DNA of 64,000 nt. It comes from Chrysomallon squamiferum (Eukaryota; Animalia; Mollusca). The notes under the pieces were generated by a model. The model made no database searches. It saw only the letters and a program-made list of their open reading frames with translations, and had not been told where the DNA came from. The stretch is taken from contig CM022679.1 of the NCBI GenBank assembly GCA_012295275.1, forward strand, positions 16,988,001 to 17,052,000. Direction: 5' to 3'. The translations under genes were made by a program, and so were the position numbers. Numbering within the stretch: position 1 is the stretch's first letter; each line of letters starts with the position of its first letter. Positions 10,360 to 24,500 of this stretch are shown one piece after another.

Positions 10360-13300
10360 ATGTCAAAGAAAATGTCAGGGAATCTTCAAGTTAGAGAAAC
10401 TATACTGCTACTGTCGACAATTTTAGAGGAAAATGGAACGTCAACTATACATGCAGAACATTTTAGACTGGCCAAATTCGATAAAAATGATGCTGTAAGT
10501 GTAACTTATAACTATAAAGTATAACTATAAGTATAACTCTGACAACAATAAGATTATAATGAATATTGCTACCACTACCAGTGGTACCATTATCAAATTC
10601 CCAAGTTCTGTGTAACTGAAAGTTTCTGAGTTTGTTTTATCGTACAAACTAGATGTATAATTGAAACTGTATATAAGTATATAATATATTAAATATAACT
10701 GATTAACTGATTTGTTATAACGTGATGAATTTGTTCTTTACAGGTTTCTGTGTTGTGGAAACTATTGTTTGAACTGTTATATCTCTGTCAGTTTGGCAAT
10801 ATTGACCAAGCATCTCTCAAAGCAATTAGCCATTTTTCAGCTGGTACTGTTTTATAATAAAACTTTAAAGTGTGATATTTTAATTTTTCATCAAAACGTG
10901 ATTTTATGATTCACGTTAAATGTTTAGATATATATTAAATGAAATAGAAAAAAAGTAATATAAATATGTTGACGAAAGTAAAGAAAGCAAAGTAAAAAAC
11001 AAAACAAATCCCATTTTTTTTATTGATGTCCAAATGAGAAAAATTACAACTTTATATATGATTATAATAATAATTTTGCCTTTAACAATATGTAACATAT
11101 GGATATGACATTTAGAATATTTCCAGATTTCTTGAGTATTGTTTAGTAAATAAAGATAAATACATTACAATTTATTGTTTAGAAGAACTATGCATATATG
11201 TGAAGAATGGAATGCAAGAAAGAGGATATCTGTCGACAGCATTTGCTAATCTACCAAATGATGCATCTTCAGGAAGTCGAGAACTTCTGTTGGCTTTTGG
11301 CTGGTTGTTTTCTACAGAAAATATTATCGACAAATTTGTAAACAAGTACATATCTCCAGTCAGCCAGGATACCACCTTGTTTCTTCAAGTACATGATATT
11401 TTCTTTTTCTTTTAACAAAAGTTTTATATAACAGTATGAAAGAACAGAAAAATACTATTTTGTGAGCATATATAAGACAGTAAAGGAAGAAGATAATTTT
11501 TCAAAAATGTACATAATATAACAGTTCAGCAATAATACCAAAAGTCAAATTAATAGTTTTAAAAAATGTTCAAAGAAGTTTGTATGGTGTGTTATTAATA
11601 GAAAAATAAATATAAAAAAAAAAAAAAAAAATGCAGCATGCAAATTAATATTTATATTGATTTATATATATTGCCAATCTTAGTAGTTTAAATACATATT
11701 ACATAAACTGATTAGTATCATTAAAATCTTAAATCAATGTATAAATATTAATTTCCATACTATAAAAACATTTCTTATGGCTTACTTTCAGGAGCAGCTT
11801 TCTGTTTTTCAAAATACTGCAATAAAATCAGTGAAGAGATCTGCAAAGGATTTTAGTTCTTCAGTACAGAATCTGCTGGTGCTGAATGGAAAACTTCGTC
11901 TTGGTCTACATCGACTGCATGCCTACCAACAAGAAGAGGCTCATCTCACATTTAAGGTTAGACACTGAAAAATGATTATAGCTAAATGATGGAATGTCAG
12001 TCCTTCTTATTGTTCAAGTTGAGCTACTTTTAACTGTAGTCAATAGTTACAGACTGGTTTATCAAAAACCATGACATACATTTTTCCACTCTGTTGGAAG
12101 GTGGATACAAATCACACCTTAATGCTAACAACGTCATGTTTACATCAGCCCATTTGTTTGTAGCTCTTGTTGTAATATCACATTAAACATATTACCTCCA
12201 TTGTTTAATAAAATACAGCGAGGGTCAATGACGTGTCATTTAATAATATAAAATTCAGAACAAAAGTAACAATCCATTCACTGGTGAGTTGACATTGTTG
12301 ACAAATACTTGTTCAAATTACATTTTGAAACCAGGACTGTCTTGAATAAGTACTGCAAAGTGTTTATTAAATTATTAATTTAAAAAAAAAATTTGAATGA
12401 GCCATGAAGTACTAAACAATTTTCTTTTTTTTCCAGATGCATGATGTAACTAGTAGAAACGTGTTACCCAAGGAATCAAGCCATTTAACTTTTAATGAAA
12501 TTTATCTGCTGAGACATCCTGACAAACTGAAAAAGGTTTCTTTTGTTTGTTAATTGTCATTTATATATATATATATATATATCAATTACCTTTATTGTTT
12601 TTGGCAGAAATGTGACTGATTCCATAAATTCTTTACATTTTGTTTCCATACATTAAATATATAGGGCATGTTTGATACACTTTGTTATTTTAATTTAAAT
12701 AAGCCTTGGTTTTCATTATTTTATTTTTTTTAACATCTGCAGAAAATTCTTATAAATTCAAACACTGTCATGTCTAATCTGTCTTTGTTGTTTTGAAAAG
12801 ATGTTATTTTCTTCTATCTTTTTATTACTGTAAAATGTATTTAGATGATGAATGCTTTGAAGAAGGATAATGAAAGACTTGAGCACATCCTTTTGTGGAA
12901 AGAATATGAACATGTGTTCTGGACATGGATGGTATGTTTTCTTTTAAATCCTTTTTTCTGATAAATGTCTAGAGGTCAAAAGTAAACCCCAGATTTGATT
13001 AAGATAATGGTTTTTGTACAACTGTCAGTATTTGATTAATATCATCTTTTGATTATCAACGTTTATTTACCTTCAAATAGAAAAATTTGTTACTGATAAT
13101 ATTTATTTATTTAATAGTCTTATGGTCAATGAGAGGTCAAAGATCCGTAAAAAAAGTTGAAGGGTTAAATAGTTTACTCACTTCTACTTTAGACCATTGT
13201 AAATAATTTTGGACAAAAATCATGTAACATTTATTCACCTGAAATGACTGAGAAAGTTTATAAAATTTGTTAAAATGTTACATGTTACATCTGTTTAAAT

Positions 13301-15497
13301 GTTTCTTAATGTTGTGATTTTTATATTACTTGTTATTTAACATTATGCAAAAAAAATATAAACTACCAGCAGTTGTGACCAGAAGTTCATAACTGGTATC
13401 CTTTATATTACTGTCTGTATTTTGTTAAGGACAATTCAAAACTCTGAAAGATAAATTTATTTTTAAAGCAGATACATAGAATATAACGACAGACTAGCTT
13501 TCATTTTCAGCTCAGTGTTTATCATTTGAAAGAGAAGGAGACTTCAAACACTTGGGATGAGAAGTGTGATGTGTATCTCAGTTTACCTGTAACAATTAAA
13601 CAGGACATCCAGCACTGTTTGAGACAGCTTACAAGCACCATTTTGAGTTATGAGTCCACCATTGAGAGCTTAGAAGATCTTTGGAATTTAAAGGTAGAAA
13701 AGAGCAGATTAAGATTTTACATGCACATATGCACACACACATACAGTGAACACTCTGGAAACAGGCATTTGACCAACTGGATTTCTGTGAAAACTGGCTC
13801 CATTTCAAAGTCCTGTCCAGCTATTACTAAACTATTATGAACAAAATCCTGTCTAATCCGGATGCTGTCTACTTCAGATTCTGGGTGTAAATTCCAGAAC
13901 AAAAGAACAAGTTGTATAATAATTAGTTTTTCATCATGGATACACAATTTTTCAAATGCAATTGCTTCTTAAATAATAGCAGCAGACTACCACATGAAAT
14001 GAAATGATTGCACTTTTTTGAAGGCTTAATAAACAATGGTATCATTTTTTTAATAATTACTATTTCATCAAACCCACAGTGTAAACAGAAAGATTTAGCT
14101 AACCAGGGTTCATGCTAGGCTAGAAAAATAGTGAGAAGAAGAGTGAAATGAGACAATATGATATAACAAGCCATTGTCACAAACCTAAAATTAAACGTCT
14201 ACATATCTAGATCAATGTTCTTTTTCTAATAAAACAATTATCATTATTATTTTATACAGATTCATGCCATAAGTAATAAAATTATTTAATAAAAGTTTTA
14301 TTCTTGTTTGTTTACAATTACATGTAACCTGATCTCTTGAATATCAGACCTCTACTTATGTTCTTTTTTAATTGTAATCTTTACTGTACATGTAATTCTG
14401 TACAGTCAGTTATCATGTCCATCACAGCTAATTTAATTTGTATATAAATATAAAAGAACTGTGTTTATTGTCAAACTCTAATCACAAACAATAAAACTGC
14501 ATTTTTTTTGGAGCTATTCAAACAAGTTTAAAGTCGAGTATTTTGCCCATGTCACCCCCTCATGTGAACTCTTATTATGAAATTTAAAATACAAAGACAG
14601 CCAGTATCTGACATTTTAAAATGTAGGGACCATTACTGGCAATTTTGGCAAAGAACAACAACCAGCAGACACTTGAATGGATTAACAATACGCATAATGA
14701 TCCAGTGACCAAATTTTCTTATTGAGATGTTCTTAAATTAATAAAACAAATGAAACCTTTTGCTGCTACTACTGAAAACAGACTTTTGCAACCAGTGTTA
14801 AACATGGTTACCATAAATAATTTGTTTTGGCGAGAGACTCTTTCTCAGCTAACACTTAAATAGACGTTTAAATGACATTTGTAATAAAATATATTCCAAT
14901 TTCTTTATAAACTGGCATGCTGTCTAAAACAGCATATCTTGTTGGTCCCAAGAATATACCTTTTTCTTTTTTCTTTTATTTAACTTAAACCTTTAAATAT
15001 TTCTTCTGTTTTTTGTGGGGGAGCAGTTTTTAAATTTTAATCAGATATGCAGTAAATAAGGAATGGGAAAGAAAAAAAATATATATGTAAAATATTAAGA
15101 GATCTTTAGTTTGTTTTTAACAATATTTAAATTTGAATTTCAGAAAGATGAAGTATCACCATTAGAACTTGACAAATTGCTGTCACAGGTAAATGAAGAA
15201 ATTATCCTTCAGAAAAACAATCTGATGAAGATTGAACCGAAAAGATCATCATCTGAAAAGCCAAAACCCAACTTCATTTTACAAAAACAGTGTAAGACAA
15301 CAAGCAAACAGCCAAAGTTTTCTAATCACACTAATATACAGTCATACACAAATGCATTTAAAGCTCAGATATCCAAGATGGAGTCAGAGTTGTTGAAGGT
15401 GAAGGAAGAGTGCTCAAAAGAACTTGATGCATTAGCCCAGAAAATACCTTCAGTAATCTGTTTGCAGTCTTCACCAGTGCAGAAAACAACTAGCTGA
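10360..15497 (+). CDS. TEDC1: Tubulin epsilon and delta complex protein 1 (C14orf80 homolog), 8 exons, ~442 aa
   Basis: Exons 10360-10494, 10744-10843, 11183-11388, 11792-11956, 12437-12535, 12845-12931, 13511-13693, 15144-15497; GT..AG introns with consistent phases. TEDC1 family motifs: FRLAKFDK, LWKLLF, LPNDASSGSRELLLAFGWL, LNGKLRLGLHRLHAYQQEE, HLTFNEIYLLRHP, WKEYEHVFWTWM. Confidence 0.9.
13742..13885 (+). mobile_element. Possible degraded Tc1/mariner/pogo-type MITE end
   Basis: TA-CAGTGAACACTC terminus followed by degenerate (c/g)ctgtctaa-type subterminal units; the matching second end was not securely found. Confidence 0.3.
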
Positions 15498-16699
15498 AGA
15501 AAATTTGAATGAGAAATCTTTTTCAATAGTACTGAGTAAAAGAACAATGACATTTGTTATTGATGCTGATCTTTAAGTACCTGATGCAGCATGTTCAAGA
15601 GACTGCATCACATATTTGCTATATTTTTTAATATTACAAAACAGGTAATATTTATATTAGTAACTTTTATAAAAATAATAAAAGTAGTAATACATATATA
15701 ATTACTATTTTTATTATTAATATAAAAATATTAATAAATCATTTTTTCATTCTTTAAACAGGAATGTTTCCATTGTTTTCTGTGATGTTTGTTGATCTTG
15801 AGCTGTTGATATCAGTGCAAGCTTTTTATATAATTTATATGTGCAACTAAATTTTAAAAATAAATTGTTTAAATTGAATACATTATATACTGATAAAAAA
15901 CATTTTTTTCAAAAAATCATCTTATGTTTATAATTGCTAAAGTGCTGCTTCTGTGTGAATGAGGAAAGGTCATGTAGATACTTTCAATTTTGAGTCAAGC
16001 AAATTAAATATGAAACTAAATGTTGTATGCAATGTGAAGATTCATTGAAATCTTGAAACCTTGAAAAAATTAACGAGCTAATCAGAGCAAGTTGTTGTGA
16101 AGCATGTCTGTGACAGGCATGCTTTCTGACAGGTCAGCGGGCGTGTCTGTCGCAGAAAAGAGTTTTGGGTAAGGAAAGAGAGTGGATTCTTGTTACAATT
16201 GCAGGACACAACAGAGTGTCCAGCATATATCAGAAGATTCAAGCATAATCTGTTTTATGTACTTGCATATACCATTTTCTTAATGCTGGACATTAGAATA
16301 ATGTAAATACTAAATTGGAAAATGTTATTTTCCACATAGCCTTATTGATTTGTTTTCATCAAGTGTTGTTGGTTATTGAAATAAAATTTCCTGTAAATAC
16401 TACTGAGAAAATAAATACTCTTATTCTGTTTTCAATTAAATATCTTAATGTACATTGAGTGAAAGATTTTTCAAACATAATGAAAATAAAATGAAACTTT
16501 TAGGGTAAAGAAAGTTTTTAATGTGCAAGATTTTGTGAAATATATACATAAAGCTTTGGTTCATAAACTTCAATAAATAAAGTAAGAAAGAAATTTTAAG
16601 AATTTAACATCATAAATTATCTCCATGAAAATGTTTAATATATAGGTACTGCTTACCATAGAATGTTTAGCAAAGAAAATACATTAATTATGTTTCTCC

Positions 16700-16755
16700 T
16701 AAAAATAACAAACACAAAAAATGTGAAATGGAAAAACCATTATTGGACATTTATT
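16700..16755 (-). terminator. Candidate UNC5 polyadenylation signal
   Basis: Minus-strand AATAAA at 16755-16750 followed by a U/GU-rich downstream element (ttttttgtgtttgttattttt). Other AATAAA hexamers exist in this AT-rich DNA. Confidence 0.4.
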
Positions 16756-17069
16756 TGCAGAATAATATATTTACAAATGACATTTGAATTGTTTTTTGTA
16801 AACAATTTTAGTTTTTGAAACTATTTCTGTACATAGCATTTTGTCTGAATCTGCAGACATAAAAACAAATTGTGAGTAATCATTTGTTATAATTTATCTT
16901 AAGAAACCACCTAGATTACAGTTTTCTTAAATAATACTAACAGTCAAAATACACTTTTGTAATAGTTATTACTAGATAAAATGTATGCACATGAATATGT
17001 ATGTATGTACTGGAAACACATCACTTGAATGTTGATATAATGGAGGGAAAAAAATAGATGTGTAACAAT

Positions 17070-17122
17070 TATTATTATTATTATTATTATTATTGTTATT
17101 ATTATTATTATTATAATTATTA
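17070..17122. repeat. (ATT)n microsatellite
   Basis: Read directly from the sequence. Confidence 0.85.
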
Positions 17123-18062
17123 TAAATTTTAAATAGTAAATGAAGAGAAAATACTAAAGTAATCTAGTACAGCAATACATTGACTCTCAATGTATTTTTT
17201 AAAAATGAAATGCTTTTATAAAACTTTGAATTTTTTAATCCAAAACAGACAAGTTAAATAATAAGTGATTGAAAGTTGAGTTCTCTCTCGCAATTTCCTT
17301 TGTGTTATTTACCATTCCAGGTAATGCTCCATGAAACATGCTACCTATGAGAAGCTTTCTTGCTCAATTTCATTTGTGATCATTATGATGGCAATAGCCT
17401 TGAATAGGTTTCTCAGACAATAACTACAAGTAATGATGTGAAAATGTGTTCCATTCTCATTAAATACATTCTTTTATTTAAAAGTATTTTAATGAGTAAC
17501 ATATATTAAATTAAAAAAAATAATGTGTATATAACTACAACCAATAAAATATTTGACACATCTAAATGTAAAATAATAAAAATTCATAATCTTAGTTTTA
17601 AAAAAACAAAAAACACTAAAAGTATAAAAATAATATATTAATGATTCAGAAAGGCACAGAAACAAAAATGATATTTTTACTGATAAAAACAGAAAAAGAA
17701 TTTTAAAAAGAATTTAATGTGAAAATGTGAATTACTAGCATTGAAAACAACATTTACTTAATTTCTTCATCTCTCTTTAAATTTCTTTCTTATTTTCTTC
17801 TTCTTCTTCTTATTATTATTATTATTATTACTACTATTATTATTTTCTTTTTTCCATCCCACTTATATAAAGTTATTTCATCACTGTTTTATACCCATAT
17901 AAGAACTGTAAATTATTTTCATTATTTTTGAACCCTGTGTTTAGGAAATGATAGGGAATAACTAACTATATGCCACCAGTAATAAATGTATTTATATGAA
18001 TTTTACTGATGAATTTAGTATGTCTTGTATTATAAATGTACACTTATTTGTTTAATAATTAA

Positions 18063-18064
<2 letters not shown>

Positions 18065-18111
<47 letters not shown>
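18065..18111. repeat. (TG)n microsatellite
   Basis: Read directly from the sequence. Confidence 0.95.
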
Positions 18112-18114
<3 letters not shown>

Positions 18115-18740
18115 GTATTTACAAATACAAAATATTTTGTTAAAAGATACCAAATTATTTCAGTAAAATATTTGACCAAAACAAAGAAAGAAAAAAAAAA
18201 TATATACTTTCAAATAAAAATCCTATAAAAAGTTATATAAAATAGAAATTTATAAATGGTTTGAATAGAAAATAAATAGACCTATTAATACAAATCATCC
18301 AAAATATTTTAAAAACATGAAAAAGTGTTTACAAATTTTATTATTATTATTATTTATATTTTGTTGACAGAGCACAAAATAAAAAAATAAAAAAATCTTT
18401 AACTTACAATTCATAAAACAAAACTGAGAAGTAATATTTTATGAATGGTGTAAATTAACTAAAAGTGATTTTTTTTTCTTTTTCTTTTTTTTTACATTAG
18501 ACATTCACCATGAAGCTAAGTAGAGAAAATATTGCAACTAAAAAAGCTTTTAATAAACACATGTTTACAGATTTACATACATATACATACACTTATATGT
18601 GTATGAACATATATATAAATATACATGAATGTATGTGTACATATTTGTATATGCAATGTACATTCACATATAGGTATATACATTGAGAATTTATCAAAAA
18701 AAAGTAGCACCATTATGTTAATTTTGATATCAATTTTCCC

Positions 18741-18800
18741 CTTTCCTCATTTTCAGTAATTAGCCAGCCACAAATAAAATAATACTTGTGTTTCATTCCA
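18741..18800 (+). repeat. Short dispersed repeat, second copy at ~22828-22881
   Basis: ctcattttca.ta.ttag...ccacaaataa.ataatacttgtg.ttcattcca is present at both positions. Confidence 0.7.
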
Positions 18801-21401
18801 AACTAAGAAAACATCACATTTTGACTAGAATATGTTTACACTATCTCCAGTATAGTAAATTAAACAGTGTTTCTTTGTATTTGTTTCTTTTGTCGAAGAA
18901 TTTCTCATTTACGGCTCAAGTTTATCCTTCTTCTTTTTAAATATTCATTAAAATCTTTTTCTAATTTATATTTTATATATGTATATTTTTATTTGTTTTA
19001 TAAAAATGAACTAAAAACAAGTATTTTCTGTCTTCCTAAAGTCTTTTTTTCCCTATATTTGTGTATAAAGATAAAAAAAAACAAAAAAAAAACACTTATC
19101 TTGTACGAAAAATAATTTGTCATGGAAAACAAGTCACTTTATTTGACAACAGTCAATGATGTGGTCTGTGCAACCACACATACACACACACAGACACACA
19201 TGTACATGCACACACTCATACATAAAAATGCATTCTAGCATAGATAAAACTCACACCTACATTTATTAATTAATTCAACCAGTTGTGCAATTAAAAAACA
19301 AAAATTTGCTTCAAAATGCTAAATATTCATTGCATAATAATTTCTTCACTGAAATCCATCTGGTGTCAGTATATGAATAACAAACACATTGACAAACATT
19401 CAATAACAGATCTGTACATTTCGTTAAATAAGATTATCAAAAGCTCAGGACAATATTACTGTAGTTTCTTGAAAGTACTGCTGTTGCTTTTGGGGAGGGG
19501 TTTGTGTGTTTTTCTTGCTGTGCTGTATGATTTTTTCATTGTTGTAGTGAAATATTATTTACAAGTAGACAAACTTGTTCTCTGCTATTCATGTCCCTGT
19601 TACACTGATGTTTTATTAAAGTGGTAATGCACATCATTTACAATGTGACAAGTTCAAGATAACAAAAATGAATATGTCACAGTCATTGTCATTTCTTACA
19701 AATGTTCATCTGTCTTGTATGTGAAATATTTGACTGTTAGAGAATAATGCTGATATATTCACATTGTGTTTTAGTATTCAGTGCTGCAGACAAGGATTCT
19801 AACCCCTGATAAACCATCAGTGGTCTAAGTAAATATTTTGTTCTCTTTTTCAGTATAAGATTCTAAAATTCAGTAATAGTAATAAAAATAATAATATTAC
19901 TCAGCTGTTTAATAGATGATATGGCTAGTAAGATAATGGTTTCAACAATTTATTTTCAATCTGGCACATACTGCTGGCATGGATGTCTTATGTAGCCTCC
20001 TGTTTAGCAGAAAACAAGTCTTCAGTCAAGCTGGACAAAAATCAGTTATAACAGAAAGGGAAGGAGGGATAAATAAAATAAATAAATTATTGTTTTTGAT
20101 CATGTTCTTATAAATTATTTTTATTTATTTAAATTTATCTTTAGACTTTTTTTTGGATTAAAATATAAAATATGATGGTTTAGAAATAATAAAATATAAA
20201 AATTAAATCTAACAAATGCATGGGAAGACAAAAAAGATTATTTGATTTTAAAAATTACTGTAATCGGAGACCCAGAATAACTTGATGTGTGTATGAACAT
20301 ATAATAATGGATGTCAGAGTTTGGAACAAGAAATGTTAAGAAAATCTATACTAAATATTCATGATCATTCTGCAGCTGCTTGAACCATATGATCTAGTAA
20401 GTTTCAGTTTTTGCAAAAATACTGCATGTCGTGCAAAACCAATCATAATATAAGAGGCAGACAAATCCAATCACTTACAGAATGAGAACATGTAAATGTC
20501 AGGGCATGGTACAGTGTGTTAATAACATCTGTACATATTATCAAGAAGATATGTTTAATCCACAATTCTCCTCTTGATTGCAGTACTGTGGTTTATTGAA
20601 GTTTCCAATCTTGGAAACTGTGTGTATGGTGCAAATCTGTTCAGTCTAAATAAGTAGCAGCAAAGAACTTCACATAATCACAGTTCAGTTCAACTGTATA
20701 GTTTTAGTTACAGAAATCTGCAAGCAGAACACAGATTTATTTAAATGTTGTAATGAACTGGAACTCCTCCATCACTCTGAAACCTGGCTCATGTGAAGTC
20801 TTCTAACAAAAATACAGGCACAAGATAAAGTGGCACATTTTTAGTTTGGTTTTGTATCAGTACAGTCTTCTTTAAAACAACTCATAAATAAATATTTTTA
20901 ATAATGTTTTCTATAACATTTGTCCTTTAATGATGCCTTATCTCTGTGTTTTAGTTTGTATTAAACAAATACATGTTTAATTTTATCACCTGATATGTGG
21001 TTTCTCTGCATCAAACTTTGGTAAAATCTCTCCTGTATCTCTTTTCAGGGATATTTGTGAAGCAGTAAAAAGAAGAAGAAGAAGAAGAAGAAACACTATA
21101 AATTTTCTGCATCAAAAATTCTCAAGAGAAATAACTCAAAAAAAAAAAAAAAAAAAAAAACGTTTGAAGCCAACATAGTTATCTCCCTTACAACATAAGA
21201 ATTCAGTAAGGAGCAACATTTTTTAACAGTCTGCATTTCATTATATTTTCATGAAAAAATCCACGTATATTTATTTAAATGAATCCCTTCAAGAGTATAC
21301 TTTGTTAATTTTGTTTCTGCTTTTTTGTCAGAATTTACTGGTATACAGAAAACTATCACAAATAGGCAGTTGTGTGAGATTAGTGGTGTTTGCACAGTCA
21401 A

Positions 21402-21573
21402 TCACAACCATGAGCCCATGTCCTTTTCCAGCACAGTGGCTGCGTCCATGCGTCCCATCACTCTGAGGACATTCATAAGATCTGTTATGGCCGTCTCTTC
21501 TCTGTGTCTCGCCTCCCACAAATCAAGTATGTGCTCTGTTGGGCTGGGTTTTGTTGCAAAGAAATTTATGTAT
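21402..21573 (-). CDS. unc5: UNC5 terminal exon, death domain C-part
   Basis: [22 protein letters not shown]...[10 protein letters not shown]..., ending in TGA. Confidence 0.95.
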
Positions 21574-24500
21574 CTAAAATAAAACATATTAAATATTAAA
21601 ATAACACTTCATATATATATACACACATATATATATAAATATTTATATATATTATGGAGAAGGAATAATTTTGTAAATCTAAAACAAAATCCTAGTTATT
21701 AGAAAATTATTACAGATGAATTAGAATGACTATAAAGAATGAATTATATTAACACAATTTTAATAAACTAACAGGAAAAAAGACTAAATTAATTAATATC
21801 TAAAAGTAATTTTTGTTTATTACAAATTATAGATAAATAAACATAATAATTTAGTTTTTCTACCATAAAGCTTCAAATTATTTTATAAAATGGAAAATTA
21901 ACTTTTATTTTTTTTTTTTTTTTTAAATTTAGTATTATTTCATCTGTGAACATTAAAATTTTTCAAGAATGTGATAATTAGTTAAATAACATTCTGCAGT
22001 TTCTAGCTATTTCTTGAAACTAATATTCTGAACAGATTTCAGCTGTGACCTGTCGACAGAAAGCGTGCGTGCCAGCATTCGCCAGTCGTTTCCTCTTGTG
22101 TTGGGCGGATCAAGCAGCATACACAGCTGAGCCTTTATGTGAGGTGGTAACCTGAAGTAGTAACGAAATATTTAGCCTGTACAAGGTAATACATTTATTA
22201 ACAGCTATAAAAATAGTGCAGTATTACATAGCGTACAAAGCTAAAAAGGCATATATTAAGAACTGTCTGCATACAGTTACCAAATTTATATATCAAAGTG
22301 AGTGAATTATTTCGTAACAATTCTCAAATTATTTTGTAATCAGTTATAAAATATTTAAATGTGCTTTCATTTTCTTTCTGCCATTTTATTTAAATAATAA
22401 TAATAATAAATTAAAAATTAGAATTCTCTAAAGACGACATAAACCAAACCAACCTGAACACTTGTGAAGATGGATCAAGTGTTACCATGGAGCTAAATCC
22501 TGAACTGGTACCCACAGAGTTGACAGTAGAAGACCTTCCTTTTAGTGTCCCTGAGGGTGTAGGACATGGCGGCATCTTCTGAAACAAGGTTTTATTACAT
22601 TATTTATCAGTACAGCTGAAACAGTAAATTTGTAATTTGTAAATAATAAAATATAAATAAAATAAATAAATAAATAATATAAAAATAAAGTAAATAAGTA
22701 TAAAAATAAAGAAATTATAAGGAAATGGAAAAGAAAAGAAATTTATAGTTTTCATTCACAACGACTGAACGTTACAATTTATGTAAAAGTATCTTCATTA
22801 ACATAAATTTAGTTATAAGTTCTTCATTTTCTCATTTTCAATATTAGAACCACAAATAAGATAATACTTGTGGTTCATTCCAGTTAGATACAGTTTTTGT
22901 ATATAAACAATGGCCTGATAACTAAACTGTGAAATGAGTCCTAATATAATGATTTATGAAATTATACAAACTGATTTTTGTAGTTTAGGTTTAAAATTAT
23001 TTTTACCTACAGTTCAGTATCACATTTCAAAGAGAATTTTAAAGAGCATGTTCTTGCTTCAGCATACCTTTGATAATTTTCTTCAAATGTTTTTCCCTGG
23101 CATTTCCTTAGTAATATATTCTAATTTAGGAAAGACATCTTTGATATGAGAAGAAAGGCTGAAGAAATTCATTTATTTGTCTTCTTTTTCTTTTTTCATT
23201 TGGAAAAAGCTTTCAAACAAAGCCAAAGAAACACTTTTTCTTTCATTAATGTATTTGACATGTTTATCTTTTTCACCTCTATATTCTGCCATGTAAATTT
23301 CTTTTTGTTTCTTTGTTAATAAGCACAAACAGCTTTGCTAAATCTAGTAAATGTCTTTAGTCACTTGGTAGCATTCATTCATAAATCATAAGCTAACCTA
23401 TAGTCAAGTCTGTTCATCAGACTGAATTAAAGTTCTTTAATTCACATCTACATCTCCAGACTATTAAAAGACTATGGTTATTTACACTTTATCACATGTA
23501 AACTGTACATGAGAATGGGCTCTGTTGAAGAAGAAAAGGGAAAAAAGGAGAACATATAAATATTTAAAGTTTTTCTTAACTCTGTAGGTACACAAATATT
23601 ACAGGAAACAATGCAACATATTTTTATGTTTCTAAGTTCTTGTATTAGTGTGATTGAGGATGACAGTGCTTAATGTAACTGTACAGCAAATTAAGTTCTT
23701 ACTTTATCAGTTTATGTAATATCAATACATTTGTTTACTGTATGTTGTAATATGTATTCTATGTTTTTCTTAATGTACATCCTTTTATTCTTGTATACTT
23801 CTATACATCTAAAAGCATTTAAAGTAGCAATTTTAAAAATGCATTCAATTCTTCTCTTTTTTTTTTTAACAGTTTCAAACCAGTTTATAATATATTGTTT
23901 ATATAATAAAGACACTTTTTTCTGTAATTACACACTATAACACATAAAAAGTACATCCAGTGTAGTGTACAGCTGTAGATGGAAGTATAAAATATTCTAT
24001 ATTCTACAAAATTTAGACACTCGCTTCTATTATTGTATTCTGACAGGGCAAACTTGTCATGGCTACCAAACATAGGACACCATTTTCTGATTTGCAAAAA
24101 AAGGACAAACATTAACTGAGCTAGAATTCAAAAAGGCACCAGTGGTTTATTTGCCCTGAGTCTTTGTTTTTGTAATGTATTATACACAAAAATATTATAT
24201 TTATATTTCACAAACACTAGATATATATTTCACTTCAGAACTTTTTTCAGTGTTCTGATGAACTCACCTCTTTGAGATTGCTGACAATCTGCAGGACCTG
24301 TCTGTTGGACAGGATAGCTTTCTGATACACCTGAATCTTACAGCTGATCTTTGTCTGACTGCGGTCAACCAGCTCCAGGCTGAATGAGCAGTGCAGTGTG
24401 TTCTGGTTTCCACTCCAAATATGTCTGAATGGAATCTCCTGAAAGTTCACAGATGTTTTTTAACTTTAGTTTATAGACAAGAGTAGAAGTATTACTAAGA

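Noticed and set aside
21380-21404. Stop-codon readthrough or selenocysteine at the UNC5 TGA
   Set aside because: The context is TGA-TTG rather than TGA-CTAG, the death domain is complete at this point, and no SECIS was recognised.
21251-21582. Plus-strand ORFs over the UNC5 last exon (also 52147-52365 and 63325-63585)
   Set aside because: They are antisense shadows of real exons with no independent support.
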